Source: Mobula hypostoma
Lineage: Eukaryota
NCBI RefSeq assembly: GCF_963921235.1
Contig: NC_086109.1
Span: 25,172,001-25,236,000 of the forward strand
DNA: 64,000 nt
Direction of reading: 5' to 3'
How positions within the stretch are numbered: the stretch's first letter is position 1; each line of letters starts with the position of its first letter. Position numbers and translations under genes: made by a program. This document shows positions 62,066-64,000 of this stretch, piece after piece. The notes below the pieces were generated by a model. It searched no databases and was not told the DNA's origin. It saw only the letters and a program-made list of their open reading frames with translations.

Positions 62066-64000
62066 TTCATAAACATTTATATTTTTGATAAATCATACAT
62101 TAGCCAAGGGATGCCATTAGCAATGCCTCTTTGTCTCGCACAGTTAACTCACCCAGTTGTAACCCAAATTCTGTTTTTTTGTAGCTCTGGGCATAGTTGA
62201 TACTCAGTGCCTTCACTGATTTTGTCAATACGATGAACTACAGAGTTAATACCCGGAGGAATTGATTTTAAAATACTGGTATCCATTTTGAGAACAGTGG
62301 TGAGCACTTCTGGTACAACAGGCATTATTAATTTTCATCAATTATATGAGATTTTCCATACTTTGCTATCATTTTGGAAATGTTATAAGAAGCAATAAGG
62401 CCACTATGAAGGTCATTTTTAGTTTTCATGCCACTGACTCGAGTGTGCAATGCTTTTTGAATGCTTCTTTCATCTTCTGGAACTGAGTAATACTATAAGT
62501 AGCCTCTTCAGGGTGTCTTACGGCAGTCTTCCTGCAATTTTGATAATTTCATGGCTTCATTAGATAGTACAGTATTACAAATAAGACACATGGGGTGTTG
62601 TTAATCTGATGGGAATGAAATAAAACCATACTCCAGGCATGTAACATTGTACTGATACTTTCTGTAGTTTCTGTTTCTTAGCAGGATTAGAATTCAAAGC
62701 TTCACTGCCTTCAGACTCATACAGATCACGCCATACATATTTATCTATCATTAACAGGGCTAAATTAAAATTAAAAATTAACACAAACTGGGAATGCCTA
62801 TCGGATGTTGACATGAATGGAACGATGATAGCGGCACACAGTGTAATGGCAGGGTGAAGATGAAGACAGTCACAACAGCAAAAATTACGTTGACAAGGAT
62901 TCAGATTGGAATCTGAGTATTAGTCAGGATAGAACTGATGTTTGGCAAGCTACCTTTATGCTATTTCAGTTAGCGTGATTAATCAAACACATAAGGTCTC
63001 ATAATCCCCAAAGGTGGTTCTTGACCACCTGAAGTCAAGGTCGCTTTGAACATCTGAAGAGGAATCCTTGGGATCGGCAGGTTCACTGATTGGCTCTATT
63101 TCACCGTTTGGTTCCAGCCAGCGCTGTATCGTTGCACAACCTGTTTTCCATTAATCTGCAGAGAAAGTTGAGATGGTGTACTTGATTTAGCAACTGTCAA
63201 ATTGGAACTTGTTCTGTACCACGAGTCAAGGCTAGATGTTGGGGACCCTGGTTGCTAATTTATGCATGCCCAATAATGTCTGTTTGGTTGGTAAGGTTGA
63301 ATGAGATTGCTGAGTTCCAGACGTGTTGTGACAACAGGTGCTCACCGCCTGCAGAGCTATGGCTGTCCCTGTGTCCCAGTGCCTCATCCTTTTATTTTTG
63401 AAAGTGCCTGCTCTACTAGTGGTCGGTCAGGTCTCGTGCCTCAAGTGAGGGTGCTGCTTACTGCCTCTCCGCCCCCCCCCAAGAATCTTGAATGCTCCCC
63501 AATGACTTCCATTTCTCCTAATGCCCACTTAAGACACCATTGGAAATGACTGGGTGTTTGTCTAACAGCCACACAAATGCACGTGACCGACACTAGTTGG
63601 AAACCGTTCGGCAGCAGTTTCCTTTCCCAATTAAGCAGCATAGTATCCCAGATAAATGACTGGAATCCCAGCTATTTTCTCAATTAGTTTTTGTTCTTTA
63701 AGAATTAGCCCAAATAAGCCACTACCCCGATTAAACAATGCCTCAATTAACCAGAATCCACTCTAATTAGTCGCTACAACCTTCTCTGCGAAATTCCACC
63801 GGTTTACGGCCCTCTACATTGGAGACATTAATCCTCATCACAATTCCTATCGTGAGATTTATATCTTATTCTAGACCCCACAGTATCGTACTAGTATGTA
63901 GATTACTAACTTGCCTTTTATAAAGGTATGATACGTTTATTATGTTTTTGCAGTATCAAAGAATATTAGTACATAAACTAGTGTTAAACAGCACTCTTTG

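Larger units (their letters stand above)
56613..63552 (-). mobile_element. hAT (Buster/Charlie-like) transposon, decayed transposase, interrupted by three insertions
   Basis: LLHSEVRWLSKG, VAYLPDLYDKMNILNMKL and a BED-finger-like MCLICN..LSNEAMK near 62550-62600; weak TIRs CAGTGTTTTCC / TGGAAATGACTG. Confidence 0.8.
55891..63763. mobile_element. pogo/Tigger-like DNA transposon remnant forming the outer shell of a nest
   Basis: TA-CACTGGATTCCGGGTAACTG left end and CAATTAACCAGAATCCACTC-TA right end (imperfect TIR pair, TA flanks). Confidence 0.7.

Overview
Eukaryotic, vertebrate genomic DNA. The CR1/Rex-Babar/V-SINE/Penelope repeat mix suggests a cartilaginous fish such as a ray (inference). 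There is one clear host gene: RBM15 on the minus strand (52109-54592; 3 RRMs plus a SPOC domain), with a CCAAT/GC-box/YY1 promoter at about 54.9-55.5 kb and a probable terminal 3'UTR exon at about 47.39-47.76 kb. The 39-55 kb region around it is repeat-poor. The rest is a layered transposon landscape. It includes a young Gmr1-like (SCAN-capsid) Gypsy element (13037-17999; 879-bp LTRs, CTTG TSD) whose single 977-aa ORF has intact Gag and protease fused to a multiply deleted but still open pol. There are also several CR1 LINEs, Rex/Babar fragments, a dead IR/DR Tc1, a mariner derivative, hAT MITEs, a solo LTR and SINEs, and a pogo > hAT > (CR1 > SINE) nest upstream of RBM15. The most unusual signal is a family of short Penelope-type retroelements carrying a minimal type I hammerhead ribozyme: one intact copy with a 14-bp TSD at 56326-56460, and three fold-back copies whose hairpin apex falls inside the ribozyme. 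All calls were made by eye; no database searches were run.
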